Virus record (IMG/VR): IMGVR_UViG_3300006169_000167
Span: 1 to 25,326 of that record
DNA length: 25,326 nt
DNA from: a virus
Lineage: Duplodnaviria; Caudoviricetes
Reading direction: 5' to 3' (one strand)
This document shows positions 1 to 8,599 of the stretch, in pieces. The stretch's first letter is position 1, and every line of letters begins with the position of its first letter. The position numbers were made by a program, and so were the translations under genes. Under the pieces are notes generated by a model. It saw nothing but the letters and a program-made list of their open reading frames with translations, did no database searches and was not told the DNA's origin.

Positions 1-765
1 CGTCCGAACGGCAAATACCTGGCTCGGCAGGAAGCACGCCTCGCGTCACAAATCGCGTTGATATTGGAAAAGCAGCAACGCTACGTGATCGACGGGCTCG
101 CCAAGCTCACGTTCTTCCGTCAGAAGGGCGTCCGCATGACGAAAGACCTCGGGCAGGAGCTGAACCTGCTGCTGGATAATCTGCCAGAAAGCGAACGCCT
201 GGTGTCTCGCATGATGGCGTTTGCGAGCATCGTCATGCTCAAGGGTGCGAAGACCTCGATCAGGCAATACGGCCTCGGATCGGCGGGAATCTCTTTCAAT
301 CTCACGAATCAGGGGGCCGTCCGGTATCTCGAAGCACTCGAAGACCTGCATCTGAGCCAGCGGCAGGGCTCGATCAATCTCACCACGCGGCGACGGATCA
401 TCGAAGTCGTCCGCGAGGGTGCGGCTGACGGTCTCACGTATACCGAGATGGCGAAGCGGATTCGGGAACTTGGCACGGCCGGGGTGTTCAGTCCGGCACG
501 TGCCGAATTGATTGCCATCAGGGAGATTGCGAATGCCTATGAATTTGGTAACTTGCAGCCCGTTAGAGAGTATCAGCAGCGAACAGGTCAGCAGGCGGAA
601 AAGGCCTGGCAGACAGTCGGTGACGATAAAGTGACTGAGAAGTGCAGGCAAAACCAAGCGAAAGGCTGGCTTTTGCTGAATGAGCAGTTTCCGTCCGGTG
701 ATGACAGTGCTCCGCGTGGCGGCAATCCACGTTGCAGGTGTGCAACGGTTTACAGATTCAAGTAG
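1..765 (+). CDS. Phage head morphogenesis / minor capsid protein (Mu gpF / SPP1 gp7-like), probably 5'-truncated by the window edge
   Basis: Frame is open from base 1. Motifs RAELIAIRE, KAWQTVGDDKV and C-terminal NPRCRC resemble the gpF HPxCRC motif. Position is just before the protease gene. Confidence 0.85.
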   Translation, partial: RPNGKYLARQEARLASQIALILEKQQRYVIDGLAKLTFFRQKGVRMTKDLGQELNLLLDNLPESERLVSRMMAFASIVMLKGAKTSIRQYGLGSAGISFNLTNQGAVRYLEALEDLHLSQRQGSINLTTRRRIIEVVREGAADGLTYTEMAKRIRELGTAGVFSPARAELIAIREIANAYEFGNLQPVREYQQRTGQQAEKAWQTVGDDKVTEKCRQNQAKGWLLLNEQFPSGDDSAPRGGNPRCRCATVYRFK

Positions 766-774
766 GAACGACTG

Positions 775-1470
775 ATGAGCTACGATCCGAACGAACTTGA
801 ACGTGAAATGCGTGAATTTTACCGACGCGAAAGAGTGCAACTCGATGAATTGGAAGGACTGGCTCCGTATCACGAACGACTCCAATACAGGAGGCGGGTA
901 GCCAACGTGCTGACGGCCGCCGTCCTCGCCACTTCTTTGGGTGCGTTTGTATCGTTCTTGGTTGGTATTTTCCCCCTGCGACGGCCGAGTACTGAGTCTA
1001 TTGACGCTCAGCTATTAAAGGTCACCCAGCGGCTGGAATCCGAAGTGCAAGCCTTGGATAAGACGCTTGCTCAAACAGTTGCAGATGTACAGCGATTGAA
1101 GGATTTGCCACCATCCGAAGCGAGCGTATTGCAAGCGAGCGTGCAAGAAGCACGAGATCGCTATGAGCAACTAGCGAAACGTATGACGGTGATTGATGAG
1201 TCACTCGGGGAAAATGTCGAAAAGGCTCTATCGGTGCCGCTTATGCGTCGAGACATTGCAGCACTCAAAGACGTGTACGAGCGTCACATCGCCCAGTCAA
1301 AAGAGGCAGTTGATCGCGTATACGATCAAAACAAGTGGTTTATCGGCCTCTTCTTAAGCGGCCTAATCACGCTGTCAGTCTCAAATCTACGGCAGGCCCG
1401 AACTCCGAAGGAACGACCACCTAAACCGGAGCCGAAAGAGCAGCCGAAGGACGAAGCCAAAAAGCAGTAA
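775..1470 (+). CDS. Two-TM coiled-coil membrane protein (probable moron)
   Basis: Hydrophobic segments VLTAAVLATSLGAFVSFLVGIF and WFIGLFLSGLITLSV flank a long coiled coil. It interrupts the head gene cluster. Confidence 0.7.
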   Translation: MSYDPNELEREMREFYRRERVQLDELEGLAPYHERLQYRRRVANVLTAAVLATSLGAFVSFLVGIFPLRRPSTESIDAQLLKVTQRLESEVQALDKTLAQTVADVQRLKDLPPSEASVLQASVQEARDRYEQLAKRMTVIDESLGENVEKALSVPLMRRDIAALKDVYERHIAQSKEAVDRVYDQNKWFIGLFLSGLITLSVSNLRQARTPKERPPKPEPKEQPKDEAKKQ

Positions 1471-1505
1471 TTGCGAAAGATATGTAGCTGGCGTATCGTG
1501 CGACT
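1471..1505 (+). promoter_or_regulatory. Sigma70-like promoter, probably leaderless, for the protease gene
   Basis: TTGCGA (1471-1476), 17 nt, TATCGT (1494-1499), 6 nt, GTG start at 1506. Confidence 0.55.
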
Positions 1506-2759
1506 GTGAAGGTCCAATACTTCCAGTTCGAAACGAAAGACGTGCAACGCCTCGATGAAGGCGTGAAGATCAAGGGCTTCGCATCAACACCTGATCTCGA
1601 TCGTCATTTTGATATTGTCTTGCCGTCAGCATTTCAAAAATCGCTTGACGAATTTGCGAAAGAAGATTCTGCACCTGCACTTCTTCGCTCACACAATCCC
1701 GACAAGATCGCCGGAAAGATCCTTATGGACGGCGAAGATGCCCCGATCATCTCGGAGAAGGGATTGTTCATTTCTGCTCTTGTAACCGACGAACTGTCGG
1801 CACAGCAGGCACTCGCCGGCGAGGTGAAGACGCTCTCGATCGGATTTATTCCGACACACGTCGATTACGAAGTGCGTGCGACGGGCAAGCGAGATGTGGA
1901 AACTGGACAGGAATTGTTCATCGAAGCTAGAGTGATCAAGGAACTGGATTTGCTTGAAGTCTCTCTCGTCTCGACCCCGGCCAATCGCAAGGCACTCTTC
2001 TCGGTCGAAAAGAGCATCCAGAACTACTTTTCATCCCATCCCTCCCCCGTTATGCAGCACTCCTGCGACTACTGCCAAGAGGCAGACAAGAAAAATGCCG
2101 TCGGTAAAATCGGCGAGAAATTCGTTTGCAAAGGCTGCATCGACAAAATGCAGTTCAAGAGCGAAGACGTCGAGAAGCTTGAAGGAGGCGAGGCGACTGA
2201 GGATGCAAAGGACGAAAGCATTGAAGAAAGTTCTGAAAGAAAGGATGAAGGCGAATCAACCGAAGCTGAAACTGAATCTTCTACTGAGTCTGAAGAGACT
2301 GCTGAAAGCGACGATGAAAGTTCGTCGACAGAAGACGAGTCCGAAGAGGACGAGTCCAAGGGCAGCAACGAGGACGAGCAGAAGCTGATCGTGTCCGCAG
2401 AAAAGAAGACACAAATCACCAAGCTCAAGACGCTCCTCACTGAGCTTGATGAAAAAACGGTTACGAAAGAGGAGAAGCAAAAGGTCGAGTCCGAACAAGA
2501 CCCGATCGCCTTGGTCATCCCTGTTCTGCAGAAGATGGCCGAAGAAGTCGTCTCGCTCAAGAAGACGATCTCCGATCTTAAGGAGACAATGAAGAACACG
2601 CCCGTCTACAAGGGCAAGACGATGCAGTCCTTCCAACACAAGTCCGCAAAAGATGAAGCGGACGACAAGAAACAGGAAGTTGATAAGGACAAAGGCTTCG
2701 TATCCGCACTCAAGTCGGCCAAATCTGGTCACCTCGTGACCATGGGCGACGACGAGTGA
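1506..2759 (+). CDS. HK97-family prohead protease fused to a Zn-finger / acidic / coiled-coil scaffold-like region
   Basis: IKGFASTPDLDRHFDIVLPSAF, LLRSHN, LSIGF and LLEVSLVSTPAN are typical Peptidase S78/U35 motifs. The C-terminal half has CDYC...CKGC, an E/S/D-rich linker and a coiled coil. Confidence 0.92.
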   Translation: MKVQYFQFETKDVQRLDEGVKIKGFASTPDLDRHFDIVLPSAFQKSLDEFAKEDSAPALLRSHNPDKIAGKILMDGEDAPIISEKGLFISALVTDELSAQQALAGEVKTLSIGFIPTHVDYEVRATGKRDVETGQELFIEARVIKELDLLEVSLVSTPANRKALFSVEKSIQNYFSSHPSPVMQHSCDYCQEADKKNAVGKIGEKFVCKGCIDKMQFKSEDVEKLEGGEATEDAKDESIEESSERKDEGESTEAETESSTESEETAESDDESSSTEDESEEDESKGSNEDEQKLIVSAEKKTQITKLKTLLTELDEKTVTKEEKQKVESEQDPIALVIPVLQKMAEEVVSLKKTISDLKETMKNTPVYKGKTMQSFQHKSAKDEADDKKQEVDKDKGFVSALKSAKSGHLVTMGDDE

Positions 2760-2787
2760 TCTCTATCCGGTATTTCCCCCCTCTCAT

Positions 2788-3852
2788 CTGAAAACAGCTA
2801 AACGCGATGTCCAAGCGGACATCCTCAAGATCGCCGACGCACTTGGTATCGAAACCAAGGCGAATGAGGCGATGCATTCCACGCAGGCCACGTTCGGTGA
2901 TGAATTCGTCCCGACGGAGATGGCAAGTAATGTCATCGAAATTGCTCGTGTGAACTCGAACCTGCTCAGTTCGATTCCATCATCGAACATCATCGACATG
3001 CCATCGAATCCATACACGATGCCTGTCGAAGGTGCCGATCCGACGTTCTACGTTACGCCCGAAAACACGAACGTTCCGGGAACCGACGTCACGAAGAGCA
3101 AGGCCGGAACAGGTCTCATGACCTTCTCTGCGAAGAAGTTCTCCGCATCAGTCTACATCTCCGGCGAACTCGATGACGATGCAAAGATCGCAGGTGGCAT
3201 CCGCTCCTACGTCGAACAGAAGATCGGTAAAGCCTACGGTGAGCTCGTCGATAAAGCTCTCATCAATGGCGATACGGCCACTGGTGCGACGGGCAACGTC
3301 AACTCGGACGATGAAGCTCCGACGGCAGGTACGTACTACCTCGCCTTCGACGGTCTCATCAAAAAGGCGTTCACAGATTCCAAGACGAACAACGCTGGTA
3401 CGCTCGATTCAGGAGACTTCATCAAGCTCAGAAGCCTTCTCGGTAAGAAGGGTGCCGATCCAAGCAAGCTCGCATGGATCATGAACCTCGAAACCTACTA
3501 CAAGATGCTCAACTTGGCTCAGGTCGAGACGGTTGAGAAGTTCGGTGGGGCTGCGACGATTCAGGACGGCGTTCTGAAGTCGATCTACGGCTCACCGGTC
3601 ATCGTCAACGGTGACTTCGGTCTTGCCGAGGCAGACGGAAAGCAGTCGTTCGATACGCCTGCGAACAACACGCTGGGTCGCATGCTCTGCGTGTACACGC
3701 CGGGCCTCTATGTCGGATTCAAGCGTCGTCTCAAGCTGAATCTTGAGTACTTGCCACGCGTTGACCAGTTCGTCATCACGGCTCACGTCCGCATGGACTT
3801 CCAGACGTCCGAAACAGGTTGTTCCGCTCTCGGATTCAACATCACGGTCTAG
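2788..3852 (+). CDS. Major capsid protein (HK97 fold); start probably CTG 2788 rather than ATG 2872
   Basis: FVPTEMASNVIE, FSAKKFSASVYISGELDDD, DKALINGD, WIMNLETY and IYGSPVIV are capsid-like motifs. The frame is open upstream of 2872 and encodes KTAKRDVQADILKIADALGIETKA. Confidence 0.9.
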   Translation: MKTAKRDVQADILKIADALGIETKANEAMHSTQATFGDEFVPTEMASNVIEIARVNSNLLSSIPSSNIIDMPSNPYTMPVEGADPTFYVTPENTNVPGTDVTKSKAGTGLMTFSAKKFSASVYISGELDDDAKIAGGIRSYVEQKIGKAYGELVDKALINGDTATGATGNVNSDDEAPTAGTYYLAFDGLIKKAFTDSKTNNAGTLDSGDFIKLRSLLGKKGADPSKLAWIMNLETYYKMLNLAQVETVEKFGGAATIQDGVLKSIYGSPVIVNGDFGLAEADGKQSFDTPANNTLGRMLCVYTPGLYVGFKRRLKLNLEYLPRVDQFVITAHVRMDFQTSETGCSALGFNITV

Positions 3853-3895
3853 TCATTTCTTGGGTGCCCCTCTGGGGCATCCGCTGAAGTCACTA
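3850..3895 (+). promoter_or_regulatory. GC-rich hairpin after the capsid gene (attenuator or mRNA stabiliser)
   Basis: GGGTGCCCC-TCT-GGGGCATCC (3862-3882) with an imperfect outer stem TAGTCATTTC/GAAGTCACTA. There is no U-tract. Confidence 0.55.
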
Positions 3896-3905
3896 CCCCC
3901 TCTCT

Positions 3906-4157
3906 ATGACTGAAATCCTCACGAAAGCTACGTATCACGGCCCAGCCCCTACGATGGTCCGTACAGCTCGCATGGGCGAGAAGGTCGAAGTGAAGGCCGG
4001 AGACACGATCGAGGTGGATGCGTACATGCGTGCCGTCCTTCTTGCTGACCGGTTTTGGGAGGTTGAAGGCGTCGAATACATCGAAATCGAGAACGCTGAC
4101 GGCACGAAGGAACGCCGTCCGAACGGGAAGAAGAAAGCTGCCTCCAAGAAGAAATGA
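3906..4157 (+). CDS. Small hypothetical phage protein with a basic C-terminus
   Basis: ORF directly after the capsid gene, with ATGA overlap into the next gene. Confidence 0.75.
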   Translation: MTEILTKATYHGPAPTMVRTARMGEKVEVKAGDTIEVDAYMRAVLLADRFWEVEGVEYIEIENADGTKERRPNGKKKAASKKK

Positions 4158-4480
4158 ACAAGCTGACACCCTTCCGCGATCCGGCCGTTCTCGCATCCGT
4201 TGTCACGGCATCTGCTGGACCGTGCAATCTCGGCGGCTACTACATCGGAAATCCGAACGACGCACCGATCTATCTGCATTTCTATGACGTCGCAGGCTCG
4301 GTGACGGTTGGAACGACGGTTCCCACGCTCACAATCCTTCTCCCGGCACTCGCAGCGGCAAACATCGAGTTCGCAAACGGAATCAAGTTCACAAACGCTT
4401 TGAAGATCGCCGCTACGACCGGCGTTAGTGGGAACACTGCTCCAGGCACGGGACTCGTCACAAATTTGTTGTTGGCTTAG
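4154..4480 (+). CDS. Putative virion structural / head decoration protein (beta-rich)
   Basis: G/T/A-rich beta-strand composition, position in the head cluster, translational coupling. Confidence 0.65.
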   Translation: MNKLTPFRDPAVLASVVTASAGPCNLGGYYIGNPNDAPIYLHFYDVAGSVTVGTTVPTLTILLPALAAANIEFANGIKFTNALKIAATTGVSGNTAPGTGLVTNLLLA

Positions 4481-4501
4481 GGCGTGCTATCGTGATTCCG
4501 C

Positions 4502-5299
4502 ATGTCACTTCTGACCCTTCTCGGTGCGGGAAACTCGGGCATTTGGACGCCCGCTTCGATTCCTCAAGCCATCTTCTGGCTACAGACGCATAGTTTTTCC
4601 GGGATGTGGTCGAACGGTGCGAGGACCATACGACCGGCTGCACCGGATGATCAAGTCTTTGCTGTCGTCGATCCAGTGAGCGGCCTGGACATCAATTCGA
4701 TCATTGAGAATCTCCGCCCTTTCCTTCGCAGCGACGCAACCCGCAACGGGTCGCTGCATTTTACGCTCGCAACTGGCCAAAGAGTCCTTTTCGCAAACAA
4801 CTCAGGCGGGTTCTTCAACAATTTCCACGTTGGAGGTGCAGGGGCATTTCTCCTGTGGTGCAAATTCGATGGTGCGTCGGCAGCGGCCAGCGAAATGATG
4901 ATCGATAATGCCAATGCGACTTCAAGCAACAAGGGCTTTTGGCTCTTTCGAAATGCGACGACGAATACGATCGAGCTTCGTCTCGGGCTCAGCGGCGGCT
5001 CAACGGGACTTATTCTCACGTCTTCGACTTCGATCGCTGATACGGATTGGCATCGCATCATCGTGAAAGTGGCCCAAGGGCCAAACGCCTGCTCAATTCA
5101 AATAGATGATGGAGCGATCGCGACAGCAACGATTAGCGGCCTCACAACCGGAGACGCGAGCTCCCCATTATTCTTCGGTATTCGCACAGGGTTCTCGAGC
5201 CCGATGAACGGACAGCTTTCGAATGTCGTCATTTGTGACGGAATTCCAAGCGACGACGATATCGATCTCTGGAAAGCATATAACCCTCCGCTCGCATGA
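4502..5299 (+). CDS. LamG / concanavalin A-like lectin domain virion protein
   Basis: WTPASIPQAIFWL, DTDWHRIIV, IQIDDG and LFFG...MNGQLSNVVI match the LamG_3 pattern. Confidence 0.8.
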   Translation: MSLLTLLGAGNSGIWTPASIPQAIFWLQTHSFSGMWSNGARTIRPAAPDDQVFAVVDPVSGLDINSIIENLRPFLRSDATRNGSLHFTLATGQRVLFANNSGGFFNNFHVGGAGAFLLWCKFDGASAAASEMMIDNANATSSNKGFWLFRNATTNTIELRLGLSGGSTGLILTSSTSIADTDWHRIIVKVAQGPNACSIQIDDGAIATATISGLTTGDASSPLFFGIRTGFSSPMNGQLSNVVICDGIPSDDDIDLWKAYNPPLA

Positions 5300-5775
5300 C
5301 GCTGCTATCGCTATTAGGTTCGGGTGCCGGAACTTCGGGCGTGCTTTGTCGGCCAACTGGGAACGGCCCGGGTGTCTGGAGCGTATACGACTACACGAAG
5401 CTTCTGGCCCGGGACAATGACCCCGTCATTGCATCAAAGGATGATGACAGCGAACGCGAGGCGTGGCCAATGGAAGATCCAGGGATGGATGCGACCACGA
5501 TCACGGTCTACGTATGGCAAAAGCGTCAACAACAGTTCACGTTTCCGGGAAGGATCGATGTAAAGGTGAATGGCGTAACAGAGCCCTTCGTCACGCTTGG
5601 GGGAGGGACTGACGGCAGTGATTACGTGCTTTACGTCGTTACGTTCGCGGGCTCATGGTCTGCGGCTGACTTCCTGGCAGGATGGGAAGTAGGGCTCACT
5701 TCGCTTACAGACAACGGTCAAGGCCCACCCGGGCCGATGCTGCTCTACGATCAGATTTACGCTATTGTCCGATAG
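5296..5775 (+). CDS. Putative virion accessory protein (beta-sandwich)
   Basis: ATGA overlap with the previous gene. Its N-terminus MTLLSLLGSG resembles that of the LamG protein. Confidence 0.7.
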   Translation: MTLLSLLGSGAGTSGVLCRPTGNGPGVWSVYDYTKLLARDNDPVIASKDDDSEREAWPMEDPGMDATTITVYVWQKRQQQFTFPGRIDVKVNGVTEPFVTLGGGTDGSDYVLYVVTFAGSWSAADFLAGWEVGLTSLTDNGQGPPGPMLLYDQIYAIVR

Positions 5776-5777
5776 GC

Positions 5778-6272
5778 ATGCCGGAGTATTTGAAAAACCA
5801 ATGGCTTGAAGTGACGCTCGACAATCAGGAGCTCGTCACGCTCTACCTCGAAGAATTGAAGAAGATTCGCGAGCATTATCAGCAGCGGGGAATGGATGAC
5901 GTCGATCACTGGCTTGAAGACAAGCCGGACGTGAAGTGCTACATGTACTTCGGGCAGGATGGAGAATCAGAGTTCACGCTTGGTGTGCTTCTGCACTACA
6001 AGAACGGCACAGAGCGGTATCGACTGGCGAATGCATTTGTATCTGGGGACGTTGCGATCGAAGAGGCAATCGCAATGTGGGCCGATCGGTGCGACGTGTA
6101 CTGCATCGAGCATGATGCGGACGGTTACGAAGTCCTGATTCCGAAAGACATGATCGGGAAGATGGCAGCCGTCGACAAAACGAAGGTCATGCTCGTGGTG
6201 AACAGCAGATACGTCATCACGCCCATCGTTGATGATCAGCACGTGACGTTCGTGTACCTGACTCGAAAGTAG
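5778..6272 (+). CDS. Hypothetical protein (164 aa; start ATG 5778)
   Basis: ATG lies 2 nt after the previous stop, in frame with ORF 5682..6272. No family recognised. Confidence 0.75.
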   Translation: MPEYLKNQWLEVTLDNQELVTLYLEELKKIREHYQQRGMDDVDHWLEDKPDVKCYMYFGQDGESEFTLGVLLHYKNGTERYRLANAFVSGDVAIEEAIAMWADRCDVYCIEHDADGYEVLIPKDMIGKMAAVDKTKVMLVVNSRYVITPIVDDQHVTFVYLTRK

Positions 6273-6287
6273 TGCTACTCTGGGGTC

Positions 6288-6893
6288 GTGTACGTCTATC
6301 TCGACAAAGCGGCCCATATCAAGCCGTTTCTCAACCTCGGCACGGATACCTCGAAGGATACGCTGCTCGATCTCCTGAACGTGCAGTCCGCGAAGCTCCT
6401 CGATGACGTACTGAACGTCAATACGCTGGCGAAGCACACGGTTGTCGATGAACGCTTCGATGGCGGCGTCGATACGATCTTTACGAAAGACTTCCCGATC
6501 CTCTCCGTCACATCGATCAAGGAGGGACGGGCGAATACGCTCTACAGCCAAACTGAAGCGTATCTCTTTGAGAGAAACAAGTTGATGCTGGATGGCGTCG
6601 TAGGCGGCGGCACGGGCTACGAGCAATCAAAGATCACGTACGTCGCTGGATACGTCACGTACGAGCAGAACGCGGTAGGCGGTGCATACGCAGGGCAAGG
6701 CGAAACGATGCCGGAAAATCTCAAGATGGCAAATCTCCTGCTCCTCGCCGGCCTTTACAACCAGCGGCAGAGCATCGGTGTGAAGTCGTACACGATCCAA
6801 GGAAAGACCGTCACGTTCCGCGATGAGCTGCAGGGCGAAGAGTTCGAAAGAATCATCAATCAACACAAGAAGGTCTTCGTCAAGGCAATATGA
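6288..6893 (+). CDS. Head-tail connector / adaptor (HK97 gp6 / SPP1 gp15-like)
   Basis: IKPFL...DTLLDLL, FPILSVTSI, ITYVAGY and PENLKMANLLLLAGLYNQR motifs. Confidence 0.85.
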   Translation: MYVYLDKAAHIKPFLNLGTDTSKDTLLDLLNVQSAKLLDDVLNVNTLAKHTVVDERFDGGVDTIFTKDFPILSVTSIKEGRANTLYSQTEAYLFERNKLMLDGVVGGGTGYEQSKITYVAGYVTYEQNAVGGAYAGQGETMPENLKMANLLLLAGLYNQRQSIGVKSYTIQGKTVTFRDELQGEEFERIINQHKKVFVKAI

Positions 6894-7210
6894 TCGGCGG
6901 CAATGCACGCATCAGCACTTATCGGCTCGTTGAAGCAGGCGGCAAGGAGTCGTACTCCGGCACCCCCACGCTGAACGGCGTCTCGGTTTACATCGGCAAG
7001 ACGCAGTTCGATAAGGCCGCATTGATCGATCAGGCGAATGCTCAGGACATCTACGACCTCGAAAGCGATGAGCACCTGGACATTCTGGAAGGGGATAAGG
7101 TAATGGACGAATACAACGCGACCTTCATGGTGCATTCCGTCTGGAAGGACAACCGCAATGATGAGATAGGGACGCGTACCGCCTGCATTCTCCGCAGGAA
7201 GTATGCCTGA
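6890..7210 (+). CDS. Head closure protein (SPP1 gp16-like)
   Basis: Size, DILEGDKV motif and position after the connector. Confidence 0.6.
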   Translation: MIGGNARISTYRLVEAGGKESYSGTPTLNGVSVYIGKTQFDKAALIDQANAQDIYDLESDEHLDILEGDKVMDEYNATFMVHSVWKDNRNDEIGTRTACILRRKYA

Positions 7211-7616
7211 TGTTCGAATTGAGATCGTTCCCGAGGGGCTTGAAGTGCTCGTCGGGGAAATGGATCGTCTCCCGCAGGCATTCGATGAGGCAATCGGTCG
7301 AAGCCTTTTCAAATCGGTTCAGCACATCCGCACAGCTTCGCTTCAGTCCGGCCGCGTTCCATACAAGACGGGAACACTTCGTCGAAGCATCACGGCCTCC
7401 GTGGAGGGAAACGAAGGCCTCGTCGGCTCGAATCTTCCATACGCTCCGATCCACGAATTCGGCGGTACCTTCACTCGACACTCCGCGTGGGGACGGCCAA
7501 CCGCTCCTTACGTGGTTACGTATAAGGGCCTCCAATATCTCGGAAAGCCTTTTGAGGATTCCCTGCCTGAAGTTACGAAGATCTTTGAGGACGAGCTCTC
7601 TTCTGCTGTATCGTAG
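7203..7616 (+). CDS. Neck / tail completion protein (HK97 gp10-like)
   Basis: VPYKTGTLRRSI, VGSNLPYAPIHEFGG and YLGKPFE motifs. Confidence 0.88.
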   Translation: MPDVRIEIVPEGLEVLVGEMDRLPQAFDEAIGRSLFKSVQHIRTASLQSGRVPYKTGTLRRSITASVEGNEGLVGSNLPYAPIHEFGGTFTRHSAWGRPTAPYVVTYKGLQYLGKPFEDSLPEVTKIFEDELSSAVS

Positions 7617-7621
7617 GAACG

Positions 7622-8065
7622 TTGAACGCCACGTTCGCTCAGGTCAACTCCGGCATCTACAGCATTCTCGATCTGCTCGACGGGTCGGATAAGCCATTGC
7701 AGACCATCTACGATCATCCCCCCGGAAACCTGACCGGCGGGGGATTTCCCGCAGCTTTCCCCGTCGTGGTCGGTGCTCAGGAAAGCATACTGGAAAACGT
7801 TTCAAACAGCATCGCAATGAATTTTATCGTTCGCGTGCTGATGCGAGACAAGAACACGAAGACGAGTTACGACGCGATGCTGTCCGTACTGGATGCGGTG
7901 CTTGCAGAACTACGAAGGGACGATCATTGGACCCTTGGAGGCATCGTGGAGCACTTTCGCGTTTCTCCGGAAGTTAGAATCTTCCGCACCGGCGAAGGTG
8001 ACACGGCGTTGATCGGTTTCGATATTGGTGTGACAGCCGAATCGGTCATGAGTACCCTCCAATAG
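7622..8065 (+). CDS. Tail terminator protein
   Basis: FPAAF and ELRRDDHWTLGG motifs; position before the tail tube. Confidence 0.65.
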   Translation: MNATFAQVNSGIYSILDLLDGSDKPLQTIYDHPPGNLTGGGFPAAFPVVVGAQESILENVSNSIAMNFIVRVLMRDKNTKTSYDAMLSVLDAVLAELRRDDHWTLGGIVEHFRVSPEVRIFRTGEGDTALIGFDIGVTAESVMSTLQ

Positions 8066-8066
8066 C

Positions 8067-8264
8067 ATGCCCGAGATAAAGCCGCCAAACATCGAACAAG
8101 GTGCCAAGGAAACCACGACAACGAAGTTGCCGGGTTTCGTGTTTCCACGACTCGGCGGTCGAATCATTCGAGCAGACAGCATTGAAGAGGCCGAACGTAT
8201 TGCACGGGAGATTGAGAAGCTGCAAACAGGAGTCGTATTGAAGGATGCCGGGAATTCAGCGTAA
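8067..8264 (+). CDS. Small hypothetical protein (FxFP...IxAxSxxEA motif)
   Basis: ATG 1 nt after the previous stop; similar to the ORF at 8492. Confidence 0.7.
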   Translation: MPEIKPPNIEQGAKETTTTKLPGFVFPRLGGRIIRADSIEEAERIAREIEKLQTGVVLKDAGNSA

Positions 8265-8491
8265 TGTAGACGCGTGCCCCGTCGCTTCTCCTTTGGCTGC
8301 CGTGCGAGCGTAATCGCTTCGCGGTGCAGGAACTCAAAGGAGGTTTTCGAAGTGAGTACACGGATCAAAAGCACGCGGCATTAGGGCGACTGGGGTGTAC
8401 GCTACGTTCTGCACAAGCTGAAGGAGCGGGACAGAAAACGGCATCTCGGTTTCCTGTTGGCGTGCATACGCAGTAGTGGTACGCTCGTCCC

Positions 8492-8599
8492 GTGAAGCTT
8501 TTTTTCTTCCCTGAGCACGACGTGACGATCGAGGCCGAAAGCCTCGATGAAGCACTTAAGAAGCTCAAGGCTCCGAAGAAGAAATCCACCTCCAAGTAG
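8492..8599 (+). CDS. 35-aa microprotein MKLFFFPEHDVTIEAESLDEALKKLKAPKKKSTSK (not in the ORF track)
   Basis: Preceded by TTGGCG-N17-TACGCT-N6-GTG. Its stop overlaps the tail tube start (TAGTG). Similar to the 8067 protein. Confidence 0.7.
   Translation: MKLFFFPEHDVTIEAESLDEALKKLKAPKKKSTSK

Noticed and set aside
46-885. 279-aa minus-strand ORF (and similar minus-strand ORFs across 1-15 kb)
   Set aside because: These are antisense to well-supported structural genes and are expected shadows in GC-rich coding DNA.
2180-2380. GAA/GAC-rich low-complexity stretch
   Set aside because: It simply encodes the acidic linker of the protease/scaffold and is not a DNA repeat element.
2740-2790. Frameshift fusing protease and capsid at TTTCCCCCC
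   Set aside because: The run lies after the protease stop codon (2759). A CTG start explains the open frame more simply.
1-4126. 11-bp repeat CGTCCGAACGG at 1 and about 4116
   Set aside because: It is short, lies within coding sequence and is compatible with chance; there is no att-like context.
8264-8476. ATG-TAG followed by an open frame, suggesting stop-codon reassignment
   Set aside because: TAG, TGA and TAA all end well-defined genes elsewhere in the window, and the read-through peptide is not recognisable.
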